This document shows positions 27,201 to 36,282 of a stretch of DNA of 64,000 bases, piece after piece (position 1 is the stretch's first letter; the number at the start of each line of letters is the position of its first letter). Under the pieces are notes generated by a model. That model saw only the letters and a list, made by a program, of their open reading frames with translations. It ran no database searches and had not been told where the DNA came from. Source of the stretch: a virus; IMG/VR virus record IMGVR_UViG_3300046816_000078. One strand, given 5' to 3'. The position numbers were made by a program, and so were the translations under genes.

Positions 27201-27943
27201 GGTTGCTGGAATGGGGCACCAGGACCAAGCTTGCGCATCAATGGCGCGAATCGTACTGGCGGGAAACGGAGTGCCTGCCCCGGAGTCAACATAATGGCTT
27301 CGGTAACATCGACACCGAAGTCGTTTTGGTCCAGCGCTAGTACAGCCGTAGCCGTGCCGGGAGCCGTGACATTGACGCCCCAGCCTATGCCAAATGACCC
27401 GCCGTTTCCCCAGGTTTGCCCTGCGGACGTTGCAGTATTACTCAACGTTCCTGGCATGGTGATAGCTGTAGAGACGCCACCGTTACCGGATGGCTGTCCA
27501 CCATAACCCCAGATAGTAGCATCCCCGGAACCGGCGACAGTCAGCGCGGGAGCGGTAAGAACCGTATTGCGGGTAGCATTGGTGAACTCAGCGCTGTTCG
27601 CTACCGACCCGACACCCAGAGAGCTGCGAATGACATAAACGAATCCGCCAGCCCAGGTTGTTGTACCAAAGGTAACTGTCCACTGGGATGGGTCGGTGGT
27701 AGCTGAGCCGGGAGTGCCCGCCGCGATCCGGTAACTCAGCAGGAAGTTGTCATTAGCCGACGCGGCACCGCTTGTATTCCGCAGCGTGGTGAAACTAGCC
27801 TGCGTGATGGTGCTGGCGAAAGCGGAAACGACCAGGATTATCAGGTCGCCGCCCTGCACCCCAGCCGGAAGGGCGGGTGTGTTACCAGTTAGGGCACTGT
27901 TGGCGATCTGCCCCGAATTAGATCCGACAAACGACCAGCTCAT
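24233..27943 (-). CDS. Giant repeat-containing virion-associated protein (N-terminal domain, propeller-like core, about 24 x 20-aa KKPAASGTG repeats)
   Basis: 1236-aa ORF. The C-terminal roughly 490 aa are tandem repeats of consensus KKPAA[SN]GTG[TV]E.FTATGSS.V alternating with KKPAA.GTGTNF.GSGSS.V. Confidence 0.8.
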   Translation of the reverse strand: MSWSFVGSNSGQIANSALTGNTPALPAGVQGGDLIILVVSAFASTITQASFTTLRNTSGAASANDNFLLSYRIAAGTPGSATTDPSQWTVTFGTTTWAGGFVYVIRSSLGVGSVANSAEFTNATRNTVLTAPALTVAGSGDATIWGYGGQPSGNGGVSTAITMPGTLSNTATSAGQTWGNGGSFGIGWGVNVTAPGTATAVLALDQNDFGVDVTEAIMLTPGQALRFPPVRFAPLMRKLGPGAPFQQPAGYSNTLVVVPITGTGSATVKKPSASGSGSIPGPLATSTSAKALQRPSADKIAYLFDGSAIIGYWNGTTGQIAQVTNPLTAPVTTNLITTAEDAISIWTDNSSGTSSDIWISSSYDDASGGAGPALHVRHGTYNGSTFTWDTATLIAGTTNAATIQSTIVYNGTYVIVFWWDGISGTDRISYSYTTDKTATTGWATTATFSESATWSTIVQVAARHSTALGGTVVVYGANSQLHYAALSDSSTPALANWGGRTVFDQFSDAGGFGGPQIVINENTGDVHVSRACQNSGGPTWFGVTYWHGTWSAGSPPTMSFATRVIVDSAGSSTAPVDIALAVDVSNKVWVLWTDAVASGNLKYATLVSPFTSASGSTTLVAGGGSSNPRWPHVPAISQTQDRLADALPILYTDTTSSPYPIKLDTTVTLPASGASGSGSVQCKKPSANGSGTEQFSATGAPSAKKPSASGSGTEQFLATGSSLAKKPAAAGIGTNFNGSGSSTVKKMVASGTGTEQFLATGAPRAKKPAANGTGTNFWATGSSSLKKPAASGSGTETFTATGSSNVKKPAAAGTGTNFWGSGSSSVKKPAANGTGVEVFTATGAPRAKKPSASGTGTNFWATGSSAVKKPAASGSGTETFTATGSSNVKKPAANGTGTNFNGSGSSSVKKPAANGTGSIPGISATGSSSVKKPAASGTGVETFTATGSSNVKKPSASGTGTNFYGSGSSALKKPAASGTGVETFTANGSSSIKKTAASGTGTNTPAGLTGTGQITCKKTSVSGAGVEVYTATAAVNAKKPAISGTGSIPGNSATGSATVKKPSASGTGLAGAIGSGSTSVKKPAANGTGVEQFTATGSSRAKKPAANGTGNAGGLAGTGSVTAKKPAPNGTGSESWSGAGGVIVKKATLLATGSQQFLGSGSSRAKKPQISAISLAFGTGTLGVIHPYHAIVAGSGEKGATVTHGAKSHTTVTETDKARGAVSGKSKTSSKVAGET
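24445..25910. repeat. Tandem array of about 60-nt coding repeats (about 24 copies)
   Basis: Recurrent GGCTTCTTAAC/GGCTTCTTAGC every 57-66 nt on the plus strand. It generates many spurious alternative-frame ORFs in the track. Confidence 0.85.
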
Positions 27944-27972
27944 AGCTCACCGCCTTTCCAGTAAACGGCGGT

Positions 27973-28548
27973 TTATGCTGTCAATTCAACCCACACATCG
28001 GAAATGGTGACAGAGGGAGTACCCGTGACGCTGCTTAGCGTAACGCCAACATCAATCTGTTGCGGCTGCTGCGTCGGGAATGTACTTACCGTGCGCCCGG
28101 CAGCCGTAATGCCCAGCGGGTAAACAACTCCCGTAGCCGTCAAGCCCGTGTTCATAAACGAGAACACTTCGCCTGAGCCATGGATAATACCATTAGCCGA
28201 AACGCCTGTTGCCAGTGCTCGGAACGTGCCATTGTAAACAGCAGTAAAAGCCCAGGCGGTTGCAGATGCAGACACGGCCATACCTGTAGTAGCGCCAAGC
28301 AAAGTTTCAGAACCAATTGCGGCACCAAGTGCGCCGAAGTAAAAACCGATAGCACATGTAGGGGTTGCCGAAGTCGAGGTAATTTCTCCGTGACACCGGA
28401 TACTAAGCCTAGCCCCTGGCTGATAAACAGAAGCAGGGATAACGGGGAAGTTACTTCCGATAAGCCCCGAAGTCAGGGCAGCGGCAGTTACCGCTGTACC
28501 AGCATTATATGCTTGCGGCTGAGCGGGAAACCTGTAAAGTACAGCCAT
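27973..28548 (-). CDS. Hypothetical structural protein
   Basis: 191-aa Ala/Thr/Gly/Ser-rich beta-type ORF in the head module. Confidence 0.55.
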   Translation of the reverse strand: MAVLYRFPAQPQAYNAGTAVTAAALTSGLIGSNFPVIPASVYQPGARLSIRCHGEITSTSATPTCAIGFYFGALGAAIGSETLLGATTGMAVSASATAWAFTAVYNGTFRALATGVSANGIIHGSGEVFSFMNTGLTATGVVYPLGITAAGRTVSTFPTQQPQQIDVGVTLSSVTGTPSVTISDVWVELTA

Positions 28549-28567
28549 GCCGTTCCTTTCTTAAAAA

Positions 28568-29011
28568 TTATTCAGGCATTACAAGCGTGAAGCTGGAAAG
28601 CGTGATGTTAGCACCAGAGCTGAATGCAACGGAGTTGAAGTTAATGTCTGCGCCAGAGGTTCCGACCGAACCGGCCGCGAGTAGCACCGCACCAGAACTG
28701 ACAAGGCCAAATGTGGCAGCAGTTCCCGACGCTAGCGCCGTAACGGTCGAGGCTGAAAAGCTTGCGGTAACCGTCCAGATCTTAGAAGGAAAAGATCCCG
28801 TCAGTGAGCCAGTACCCGCCGAACCAAAGGCGGTAGCGCTGAATGTAAACTCCGCTAGCTTAGTTCCTGAGAATGCTACATCTGGGTCCTTACCACTCGA
28901 CACCTGGGCATCCGTCCAAATCTGTAGCTTGCCAGCATTGAACATTGCCTTTAGCGCATCGTTCTGTGTAATCACCGCACCAGCAGCAGCGGTATTAAAG
29001 TATGTCGTCAT
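28568..29011 (-). CDS. Hypothetical structural protein
   Basis: 147-aa ORF of similar composition to the downstream neighbour. Confidence 0.55.
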   Translation of the reverse strand: MTTYFNTAAAGAVITQNDALKAMFNAGKLQIWTDAQVSSGKDPDVAFSGTKLAEFTFSATAFGSAGTGSLTGSFPSKIWTVTASFSASTVTALASGTAATFGLVSSGAVLLAAGSVGTSGADINFNSVAFSSGANITLSSFTLVMPE

Positions 29012-29016
29012 TTAAA

Positions 29017-29190
29017 TTATTCCTTTTCTGCCATAGTTGCGGAAACAGACGGAAGTGTAATGCTGCCAGAACCGACGATATCCATAATAGGCTGTTCCTT
29101 GTATTCATGCGGCAGCGGGCGCTTACGTGCCTTTCGCTGATCTTCGCGCTTAGGCGTAGGCTTACCCTTCGGCGGTGTCGTTGCTGCCAT
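29017..29190 (-). CDS. Hypothetical protein (57 aa)
   Basis: MAATTPPKGKPTPKREDQRKARKRPLPHEYKEQPIMDIVGSGSITLPSVSATMAEKE. TAATG overlap with the upstream gene. Confidence 0.45.
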   Translation of the reverse strand: MAATTPPKGKPTPKREDQRKARKRPLPHEYKEQPIMDIVGSGSITLPSVSATMAEKE

Positions 29191-29471
29191 TACTTGTCCG
29201 CGCTCTTAGCGGCTGGCTTAGCGGCTGGCTTAGGAGCGGCCTTGCTAGCTGCGGGCCTAGCAGGACGCTTAGCCGGTTCGTCGGGCTTAGATTCGGTAGT
29301 CTGCTGCTTGGGTACTGAGCGCCCCTTGGGAGCCGCTGTAGCTTCGTCTGCGGCGTCAGGATCGAATCCTAGACTACGGAGCACCACGGCAAGTTCTGCC
29401 CTCTTAGCGGGCTCCTGAGTGGCTGCGAGCTTGCGCCGTAGCGGCGCGATACGTGGGTCTTCGTTTGCCAT
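29190..29471 (-). CDS. Hypothetical protein with Ala/Lys/Pro-rich tail
   Basis: 93 aa. The C-terminus AKRPARPAASKAAPKPAAKPAAKSADK is histone H1-like low complexity. Confidence 0.55.
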   Translation of the reverse strand: MANEDPRIAPLRRKLAATQEPAKRAELAVVLRSLGFDPDAADEATAAPKGRSVPKQQTTESKPDEPAKRPARPAASKAAPKPAAKPAAKSADK

Positions 29472-29475
29472 GTTC

Positions 29476-29979
29476 TTATCCTAGCTTGAGTAGATCGGCT
29501 GTATTAGTAACGTTCGTGTTCAGGGAGTAAGTGACCTTGATGTATCGGTAACGCTGACCGACAGGAATCACCTTAACTGCCGTAGTTGCAGTAGTGATTA
29601 CAAACGGAGCCGCTGTAACGGTGCCCAGTGATCCGATATCCGCATAGTTAAGCGGGGCGAAAGACGAGTTATCTACCGAACCGTTAATGGTATAGGTACA
29701 AGTTGGAGTAGCACCGATTGTTGTCGTAACTCGCACAAGAACAGGCAGGCTCTTTACTTCCGCGACGCCAGAATCCCAAGTATTGGTCGTGTCTGCGTTA
29801 GTTGCCTGACCAGTTCCCAGTACAAATGCAGTAGGGAACCCAGTAAGCGTCGGAGTAATGGCGTTCAAATTAAGGAACTGCACAATCTCGGTAAACTTGC
29901 CGGGATTGTTCACAAGTGGAGTGCCGTAAAGTGACATTTCCAGCCACTTTTCGTAAAGGTTGTCAGTGTAAGCGGTCAT
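29476..29979 (-). CDS. Hypothetical virion protein
   Basis: 167-aa ORF in the head module. Confidence 0.55.
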   Translation of the reverse strand: MTAYTDNLYEKWLEMSLYGTPLVNNPGKFTEIVQFLNLNAITPTLTGFPTAFVLGTGQATNADTTNTWDSGVAEVKSLPVLVRVTTTIGATPTCTYTINGSVDNSSFAPLNYADIGSLGTVTAAPFVITTATTAVKVIPVGQRYRYIKVTYSLNTNVTNTADLLKLG

Positions 29980-29990
29980 CTAGTGTCCTT

Positions 29991-30617
29991 TCAAGATATC
30001 ATTTCTTTGTTAATTTCATCAATACCAGGGAATCGAGGATACGCCCTAGCATGAATTTCCCTGAGCCGGGCGTCGGTATCTTGAAGGAAATCCCAGTCTT
30101 TCCGCCATTCCTGCCACCATGCAAGATCGTAAGTATGGTGGTGCTTAATAACCCCGTGAGTGTGGGGAAAGTCTACGCCGTGCGCTTCAAAGGCTCGTAC
30201 CATTCGCACGTCTAGCTGATTCCAGCAGCCCTTATTGGCACAGTGACGACAAGGTTGCCACGGTACATCTTCGCAGATGAATTCCTTGGGCTTAACCACC
30301 TGCTGCAACTTCACGGAAAACTTTGCGCACGAAAGACCGTGATAAACTAGCTTCCGGTAAGGCGACGGCAAAGTCTTACAACCGAAAGTACACCACGGTT
30401 CGTCACAATCGAGAAACGAAGGAATCACCTCTGCGGTAATTTCCTTATCGCCCTCGATATTTACGAGAGTTTCTTCGCCGGTCCAGTGCGCGGTGATAAC
30501 TTCACCGTAACCATACAATCCTTTTGTTTCGATGAATTCACAATCGGGTGCGAACTTATCGATTGCTTCCACAGTCTTCGGGTGAGGTTCGCTGGAATAG
30601 CAGCAAATAATTTTCAT
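29991..30617 (-). CDS. Cys/His-rich hypothetical protein
   Basis: Start at MKIICCYSS, 4 nt after the GH5 stop. Clusters CDEPWCTFGC, CRHCANKGC and HTHGVIKHHH suggest metal binding. Confidence 0.55.
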   Translation of the reverse strand: MKIICCYSSEPHPKTVEAIDKFAPDCEFIETKGLYGYGEVITAHWTGEETLVNIEGDKEITAEVIPSFLDCDEPWCTFGCKTLPSPYRKLVYHGLSCAKFSVKLQQVVKPKEFICEDVPWQPCRHCANKGCWNQLDVRMVRAFEAHGVDFPHTHGVIKHHHTYDLAWWQEWRKDWDFLQDTDARLREIHARAYPRFPGIDEINKEMIS

Positions 30618-30621
30618 TGAA

Positions 30622-31716
30622 TTATCCCTGGTTTTGAAGTGCCCTGAGTTGACACATAACATCTAGGTTGGTCGGATTAGTCCAGTCAGCTTTAAGCAAG
30701 CCGAATCCTTCTCTGGCCCCTTCTGCTTCTTTAAGGACGTTAGTTGTTGGCTGATGCCCGACATGAGCTGTTCCGTCAAGAAGCCACCAGCACACGTCTA
30801 GGTCACGCTCGCGGGCATATGTAAAGAAGTGCCCCACCCACGTATCACCCAGACCCAGAGGATTAACGATATCAATGCCGAACTCACCAATCCATACCGG
30901 AGCGATATTATCCCTAACGAGATATCCGCCGTTAGCATCCATTGCGGCCTTGTAATCGTCGTAGGTCATGCCGCCAGTATGAAACCAGGCGTAGTCATGC
31001 ATCGAGTAAACTGTCTTGTTCGCTGACATAACAGGCTGAGACGCCGCGTTTTTAAGATTCGTAGCATAACTCAGACCTTCGCAGAAAAGAAGTGAGGTTG
31101 GGTCAACACTATGGATCATTAGGCCAGCTTTTTCGTAGGCTAGGCGGAAATCAGTTTTAGAATTCTGGTCACCCCACGTTGGCTCATATGTCACACCGGC
31201 CGTAGTTGTATTGCGAGGCTCATTCTTTAGATCGTATCCAATGACCAGCGGATTACCCTTAAAGGTCATTGCCATTTTAACCCAGCCATTGTAAAACTTT
31301 GACGCGGGCCAGTTGCTATTCCACCACAAACCGTTACCGTCAATATCAGCGCAACATACGCCGGGAAAGAGCAGACTACAATTGGGGATAACCATGATGC
31401 CATGATTCGTCAGAGACTTAACACAAGCCTGATATACCTGGAAAGGATTAGCACCGCTAAGATCAGGATTAGCCTTAATAAATGTATCGTCTACTGGAGT
31501 AGACACGTCGAACATCTTAAGGGCGAAAGTAAGACGGATAGAGTTAAGCCCATATGATGCAATTGTATCGGCTAGCTGGTCACGGTGCCGAAGGTGAAGA
31601 CCGCCCGGAACCATTACATCATTATGAGCATTCCAGTTCGCGCCAATAAGCTTTACGCGCTGACCAGCAGAATCAACAATGTACCGGCCACTGACAGAAA
31701 GCGGGGTCTTAACCAT
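30622..31716 (-). CDS. Glycoside hydrolase family 5-like (cellulase/mannanase superfamily)
   Basis: GYDLKNEPRN (acid/base NEP) and VWIGEFG (nucleophile) motifs at GH5-like spacing. Start at MVKTPLS with GGAGG SD. Confidence 0.7.
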   Translation of the reverse strand: MVKTPLSVSGRYIVDSAGQRVKLIGANWNAHNDVMVPGGLHLRHRDQLADTIASYGLNSIRLTFALKMFDVSTPVDDTFIKANPDLSGANPFQVYQACVKSLTNHGIMVIPNCSLLFPGVCCADIDGNGLWWNSNWPASKFYNGWVKMAMTFKGNPLVIGYDLKNEPRNTTTAGVTYEPTWGDQNSKTDFRLAYEKAGLMIHSVDPTSLLFCEGLSYATNLKNAASQPVMSANKTVYSMHDYAWFHTGGMTYDDYKAAMDANGGYLVRDNIAPVWIGEFGIDIVNPLGLGDTWVGHFFTYARERDLDVCWWLLDGTAHVGHQPTTNVLKEAEGAREGFGLLKADWTNPTNLDVMCQLRALQNQG

Positions 31717-31805
31717 AATCCTCCAATTATCATTTCTTTGAGCCACACGGAAATGCTGGGATTTCTCCCAGCACAACCGAATGATTCCAAGAACCAAAAT
31801 ACAAC

Positions 31806-33260
31806 TTAGAATCCCGCAGGCGCAGCAAGTGCAGCACCGTTGATCTTCTGAATTGCCAGGCCGTAGCGCTGGTAGGTATATGCAAAGTAGCCATAAACCA
31901 CAAGCAACACGCCAAGGGACGCTGCTGCGGGCTGTTCGGCCCTAATGTAAACGGGGTTACCGGCATCTTCCCAAAGGTGACATTCCTGCTGCGGAACCAC
32001 GAAAATGTGGTCCTGGGTACCACCCGTAGGGGCACCAGCCAGTCCAACAGTAGTCACGTTAGCGTCGGTTACAACCTGCATACCGTTAGGCATAACACCG
32101 CTAGAGCCCTGATTGTACGGGGCCGCGGAGTTAGCACCAGCAGCCTTAGCGTCGGGGGCGACGCCCGGCTGAGTAAACGCAGGCCAGGTGCTAGTCAGAA
32201 GCGACTGGAGCCAGAACCACCGGCGAGGGTGCATAATGACGTGAGTCGGATGGGCCAGCCCACGGGTCGCAGTATCACTCTGCGATGCCGCACCCATAAT
32301 CGCGGGATACAGCGTAGGCAGGTCAGCAGTGGTAATCGCTGTAGTAGCGTTACCTACTGCGTCAAGACCCGTAGTAGCCTGGTTCAGCAGAGTGCTGTCA
32401 AGGCTAGTTGCGTACTGACGGAAAAGGTCCTGCATTACAACGTCTTCGATACCAGTTCCACGCTCAATTGCCTGACGTGAAATAGTCTGCTGGCCAGCAG
32501 CAGTCTGCACGTTAAAGGTCAGCAGAGTGTCGTCCATAGGCGTTGCCTGGACGGCGTTAGATTCTGATGCCTGTAGTGCGGTACCCGAAGCGGTCGTAAT
32601 ACGCGAGATATTCAGCGACATACCCGAAGCAGGCAGAGGGTGCTGATTACACATGTCCGCGAATGGACGCAGGTTGGCTACTGCCGGTGCAACCATATCG
32701 ATAAGGTACTGGGGAACAACCAGACCGGAGAAAGCCGAAGTTCCGACTTCACCGACACGCAGTTCCATACCCGCACTGGCGCGGTTAATCTGTTCCTCGC
32801 GCATGTGCTGCTGTAGACGACCAGCGGCGCGAACGTCGTTAGTCGTGTACTGGCGTACAACGTCGTTCAGGAACATCTTACCAGTCGGGTCATTGCCCTT
32901 GTGATAAGTGGTTTCCTCATGGCCGACGCTAACGCTAGCACGCTGGGTAGTAGCGTCACGCTGCGGGAGTCCCGCTGGCGTAGTAGCCTTAAGCAGGTCA
33001 TCATCGGTACGAGACTCATCGGCCTGTACCTGACGTGCCTTAGCCAGCTTACGCCCAATGGACGCCTGGTCAACGCGAGAATTCTGCACAGTATCCTTGA
33101 GCGAGTCAAAGCGTGCATCTTCCTCGGGAGACAGGTCGGTGCGCATTTCCTGCTGAGTGGTAGCTAGAATAAGCTCCATCTCCTTGCGGGCGCGCATTTC
33201 CCGCTGCTGAGCCGCTTCCAGCTCAATTTCCATGGAAGCGACAAGTTCCTTAATATTCAT
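31806..33260 (-). CDS. Major capsid protein, HK97 fold with N-terminal coiled-coil delta domain
   Basis: 484 aa. N-terminal about 100 aa helical and charged, scaffold-like. Follows the protease and portal. Confidence 0.85.
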   Translation of the reverse strand: MNIKELVASMEIELEAAQQREMRARKEMELILATTQQEMRTDLSPEEDARFDSLKDTVQNSRVDQASIGRKLAKARQVQADESRTDDDLLKATTPAGLPQRDATTQRASVSVGHEETTYHKGNDPTGKMFLNDVVRQYTTNDVRAAGRLQQHMREEQINRASAGMELRVGEVGTSAFSGLVVPQYLIDMVAPAVANLRPFADMCNQHPLPASGMSLNISRITTASGTALQASESNAVQATPMDDTLLTFNVQTAAGQQTISRQAIERGTGIEDVVMQDLFRQYATSLDSTLLNQATTGLDAVGNATTAITTADLPTLYPAIMGAASQSDTATRGLAHPTHVIMHPRRWFWLQSLLTSTWPAFTQPGVAPDAKAAGANSAAPYNQGSSGVMPNGMQVVTDANVTTVGLAGAPTGGTQDHIFVVPQQECHLWEDAGNPVYIRAEQPAAASLGVLLVVYGYFAYTYQRYGLAIQKINGAALAAPAGF

Positions 33261-33437
33261 AAGAGCGAATACCTTTCATGGTTAGACATTAAACCTAAAT
33301 AAGCAGGTTGCTTATTAAGGGATTGAACGCGCATTCGCTCTGATTTGCGTGTATGTCGTCCAGAATGCCGGTATGATCTGTACCGGCCAACGGTCTGAGT
33401 GCCGTTTAAAACAAGCGGTCTGATTGCCACTTCAAAA

Positions 33438-34652
33438 TTAGTCAATCTCGGCGGATCGGTCAAGCTGGTCGAGCTGCCTGCGGTAATCTTTGTTAATCGA
33501 CTTAAGCTCGCGCATAGCTGCGGCTGCCGAACGGGTGTGAGTAGGCTCGGGAGCCGACGCCAGTTCTTCTTCTGCATCGTCAAGAACGCGCTGGGCATCT
33601 GAATGTGCCTGAGCTACGTTTGCGTACAGTTCTGCATTGCGCCTGATCACTGTTTCGGCCGCATCCCTAATCTCGGGGACTAGCGTCACGGAATCTCCGC
33701 GCCTATGCAGTCGGTTAAAAGCCTCACGCACGACAACTTCGGGCATGTGCTCAAGATCCTCAAGCCAGTCAGCAGCGCGAGCTGCAATGCTGGTAAACGG
33801 ATTAGCCCCGAAGTTAACTGCCGAGACATCGCCGCGATTAATGTTAAGTTGCTTAAGGGTAAGCTGCGTGTAATCGTCATCCCAGACGTGATCCTCAATG
33901 CGGAATGCAAACGACATTTCATCGACAATCCCGTCATCAATGGCGGATGCCAGATCCTTAACGTCCTGCCTCTCGGCATTCAGCCAGCTTTGGATATGCA
34001 TACCTGTAGTATCGCTGCGAAGGACCAGAGTCGGATTACCATTACGGGACCTCGACCGCGCCATTGCGACGCCCAGGTGATTCACCAAGAATGCTACATC
34101 GGGAGTCTGTGCGAGAGAACGGTCTAGGGAATGCTGGTCAACCACTTCCATATACGGACCGGCCATATCCCACATTTCGTAACCGCGATTGTAAATGGTG
34201 GCGTATCCTTCAACCTCATAAACCGATCGGCCATCCTGCTTAGTGTACTTGCCTCGAAGCTCAGACGGGAATCCCCTGCGGCGCATTTCTCCACCGGGAA
34301 CATCCCGGTAATGCTCTAGCCGGAAGTTACGCATTTCGTCAAGAGTTGACATGCGATTCTTTTCCGCAGCCTGCACCTTTGTCAGAAGACCGTCCAGCTT
34401 TGTCTGAGCGTCAGCCTTGTTTGTGAGTCCGTCAGTCTGAGAAAGCCTAGACAGCGCGGCCTTTACGCCAGCGGCATTAGGTGGGCTCGACGGGGAGTAG
34501 CGGTAAGGCAAAGCATGGGCTGCCTGAGTCTTCGGGTCGCCCGCTTTCTTGCCCGCGCAAATACCGTCGTAAAATGCTGCGGGATCGTCTGAGCTTGCGC
34601 CTGCCGCCCACGCCTTATTAGCGTCCCACGTACTGAAATCAATAGTAGCCAT
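33438..34652 (-). CDS. Capsid maturation (prohead) protease, HK97 family, with C-terminal helical extension
   Basis: VEGYATIYNRGYEMWD...VAFLVNHLG core resembles the S78 prohead protease. Lies between the portal and the capsid gene. Confidence 0.75.
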   Translation of the reverse strand: MATIDFSTWDANKAWAAGASSDDPAAFYDGICAGKKAGDPKTQAAHALPYRYSPSSPPNAAGVKAALSRLSQTDGLTNKADAQTKLDGLLTKVQAAEKNRMSTLDEMRNFRLEHYRDVPGGEMRRRGFPSELRGKYTKQDGRSVYEVEGYATIYNRGYEMWDMAGPYMEVVDQHSLDRSLAQTPDVAFLVNHLGVAMARSRSRNGNPTLVLRSDTTGMHIQSWLNAERQDVKDLASAIDDGIVDEMSFAFRIEDHVWDDDYTQLTLKQLNINRGDVSAVNFGANPFTSIAARAADWLEDLEHMPEVVVREAFNRLHRRGDSVTLVPEIRDAAETVIRRNAELYANVAQAHSDAQRVLDDAEEELASAPEPTHTRSAAAAMRELKSINKDYRRQLDQLDRSAEID

Positions 34653-34679
34653 TTAGAATTTTCCTTTCACCGTGGCTCA

Positions 34680-35984
34680 TTATGGAGTGGAGCCGCTAGG
34701 CGGTGGGTTATTAGCTCCACCTTCGATTTGAGTGTCGATTGCAGGGTTGACGTTGGGGTCGCCGGGATCTCCGGGCAATATGGCCGAAGCCTTACCGTGG
34801 ACAAGTCCTGCCTTAAAGTATTCTTCGTAGTCGTCATCACTTGCCGGATCGCGGCCGAATACGGCGCGTGCCTCGGTAACTGTGATTGCACGACAATCGA
34901 TCTGGGTCTTAACCCATTCAGCCCTAGTAACCGGGTCCATTCGCATAAGATAGTCAGTGTCAAACTCAAAGAACCTCGGGCGCGGAAGAATGTCAGTTAG
35001 CTTTGCTTCACGCCGGGTAATTGTCGGTCCCAGGTGCATGACCAGGAATTGCAGGTTACGCTGAATGATGTTGGAATAGGTGATGTGCGAACCGCCCGAG
35101 ATAATAGCGTCGATCATATCCGCAGGTACGTTAAAGAACCTGGCAACGTCAACGCTGTTAAGCTTTGCGCCCTCGATCCAGTCATTAGATGCACCTTGCG
35201 CAGACAGCAACGTGTATTCCCAGTCATTGCCGTGAATGAAAGGTTCATCCATAGCCTGCGATGCACGCCACGATTCTGCGACGATTGCCGCTTCCTTGTC
35301 GTTGATCTTTTTCTGGGTATTCTGCAAGCTGGCGCGGGGTCCTTGACCAGACGTAAAGAACTCAGTCGCAAATTCCTGAATGGAATTGTACTGCCCTAGT
35401 GTGTAAGCCGCGTATGTAACGGGGCTCAAGCCCACGGGCAGGCCCGCGACGGTGTACTGCTTTTCATGCCAGATAAACTTAGGGTCGAACTCAGTGCCGT
35501 TAATCCGGTAACTGGTGATATTCATACCCTTAGCACTAATGACTACCGACGAACTTGGCACTAGCTCAATAACGGCCGGTGTCCTAGTTCGCTCGTCCCA
35601 CTGGTTAATGATGCCGATAGCGTTACCTGTTCGGTCCAGCTCCACCTGGCTCGAATAAAGGAAATGGATAAAATCAATTCCGCTCATCATCGGAGTAGGT
35701 GCAGCATCGATCTTGTAAGGAACCTTAGTATCAGGCAAATTCAGCTCGCTGTAAACTCGCCAAGGCAACGTCGAAATCAGGTCGGCCCTGATTCGGATCG
35801 CAGCCCATACTGCGGAGTTACGCATTGCGGTATCGAGATTAACGGGGGCGCTACCGCTAGCGCCGTTATTGTAAACCCTGCGAGGAATTAGATCTGACGA
35901 CTGAGAAATTCCCCACAGCGGGGTATTACTTACACCAGTTCCAAGCGAACCCCGTTCTTCTTTACTTCGGAAAACTAGTCCCAT
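34680..35984 (-). CDS. Portal protein
   Basis: 434 aa downstream of the large terminase. NSAVWAAIRIRADLISTLPW is typical of HK97-type portals. Confidence 0.85.
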   Translation of the reverse strand: MGLVFRSKEERGSLGTGVSNTPLWGISQSSDLIPRRVYNNGASGSAPVNLDTAMRNSAVWAAIRIRADLISTLPWRVYSELNLPDTKVPYKIDAAPTPMMSGIDFIHFLYSSQVELDRTGNAIGIINQWDERTRTPAVIELVPSSSVVISAKGMNITSYRINGTEFDPKFIWHEKQYTVAGLPVGLSPVTYAAYTLGQYNSIQEFATEFFTSGQGPRASLQNTQKKINDKEAAIVAESWRASQAMDEPFIHGNDWEYTLLSAQGASNDWIEGAKLNSVDVARFFNVPADMIDAIISGGSHITYSNIIQRNLQFLVMHLGPTITRREAKLTDILPRPRFFEFDTDYLMRMDPVTRAEWVKTQIDCRAITVTEARAVFGRDPASDDDYEEYFKAGLVHGKASAILPGDPGDPNVNPAIDTQIEGGANNPPPSGSTP

Positions 35985-35985
35985 T

Positions 35986-36282
35986 TCATCGCCTCATATC
36001 AATAGCAGCCAGAATGATAAACAGTCCCCACAAGATACCGCCAGCGGGACGGTAAATAGCTGCTACACTCAGGGAGACAATTGCAGCGCCAACGGTTACC
36101 AGTACTGCGGCACCGTTAAACCTACGGGCGAAAAACACCTTAACGGCACCACCGCCTCTTGCGCCTACGGCGCGAACGTTTCTACTGATGAGAACACTTG
36201 CACGGGTAAGAAACCTCTGAGTGTTCTTTCGGGCTTTAGATAGTGATGCCCTTTTCGGCCAAGGCTTCCAGGTCATCTGCAT
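35986..36282 (-). CDS. Small membrane protein, start uncertain
   Basis: The track ORF overlaps the terminase by 47 nt. An internal GTG start (MFFARRFNGAAVLVTVGAAIV...) would give a 2-TM 50-aa product. Confidence 0.3.
   Translation of the reverse strand: MQMTWKPWPKRASLSKARKNTQRFLTRASVLISRNVRAVGARGGGAVKVFFARRFNGAAVLVTVGAAIVSLSVAAIYRPAGGILWGLFIILAAIDMRR

Noticed and set aside
33261-33437. Hairpins (CCGGTA-cagatca-TACCGG and AATAAGCA-acc-TGCTTATT) between the protease and capsid genes, considered as a terminator or attenuator.
   Set aside because: Only short T-runs follow, and the capsid gene must be transcribed through this region. This is too speculative to call without transcript data.
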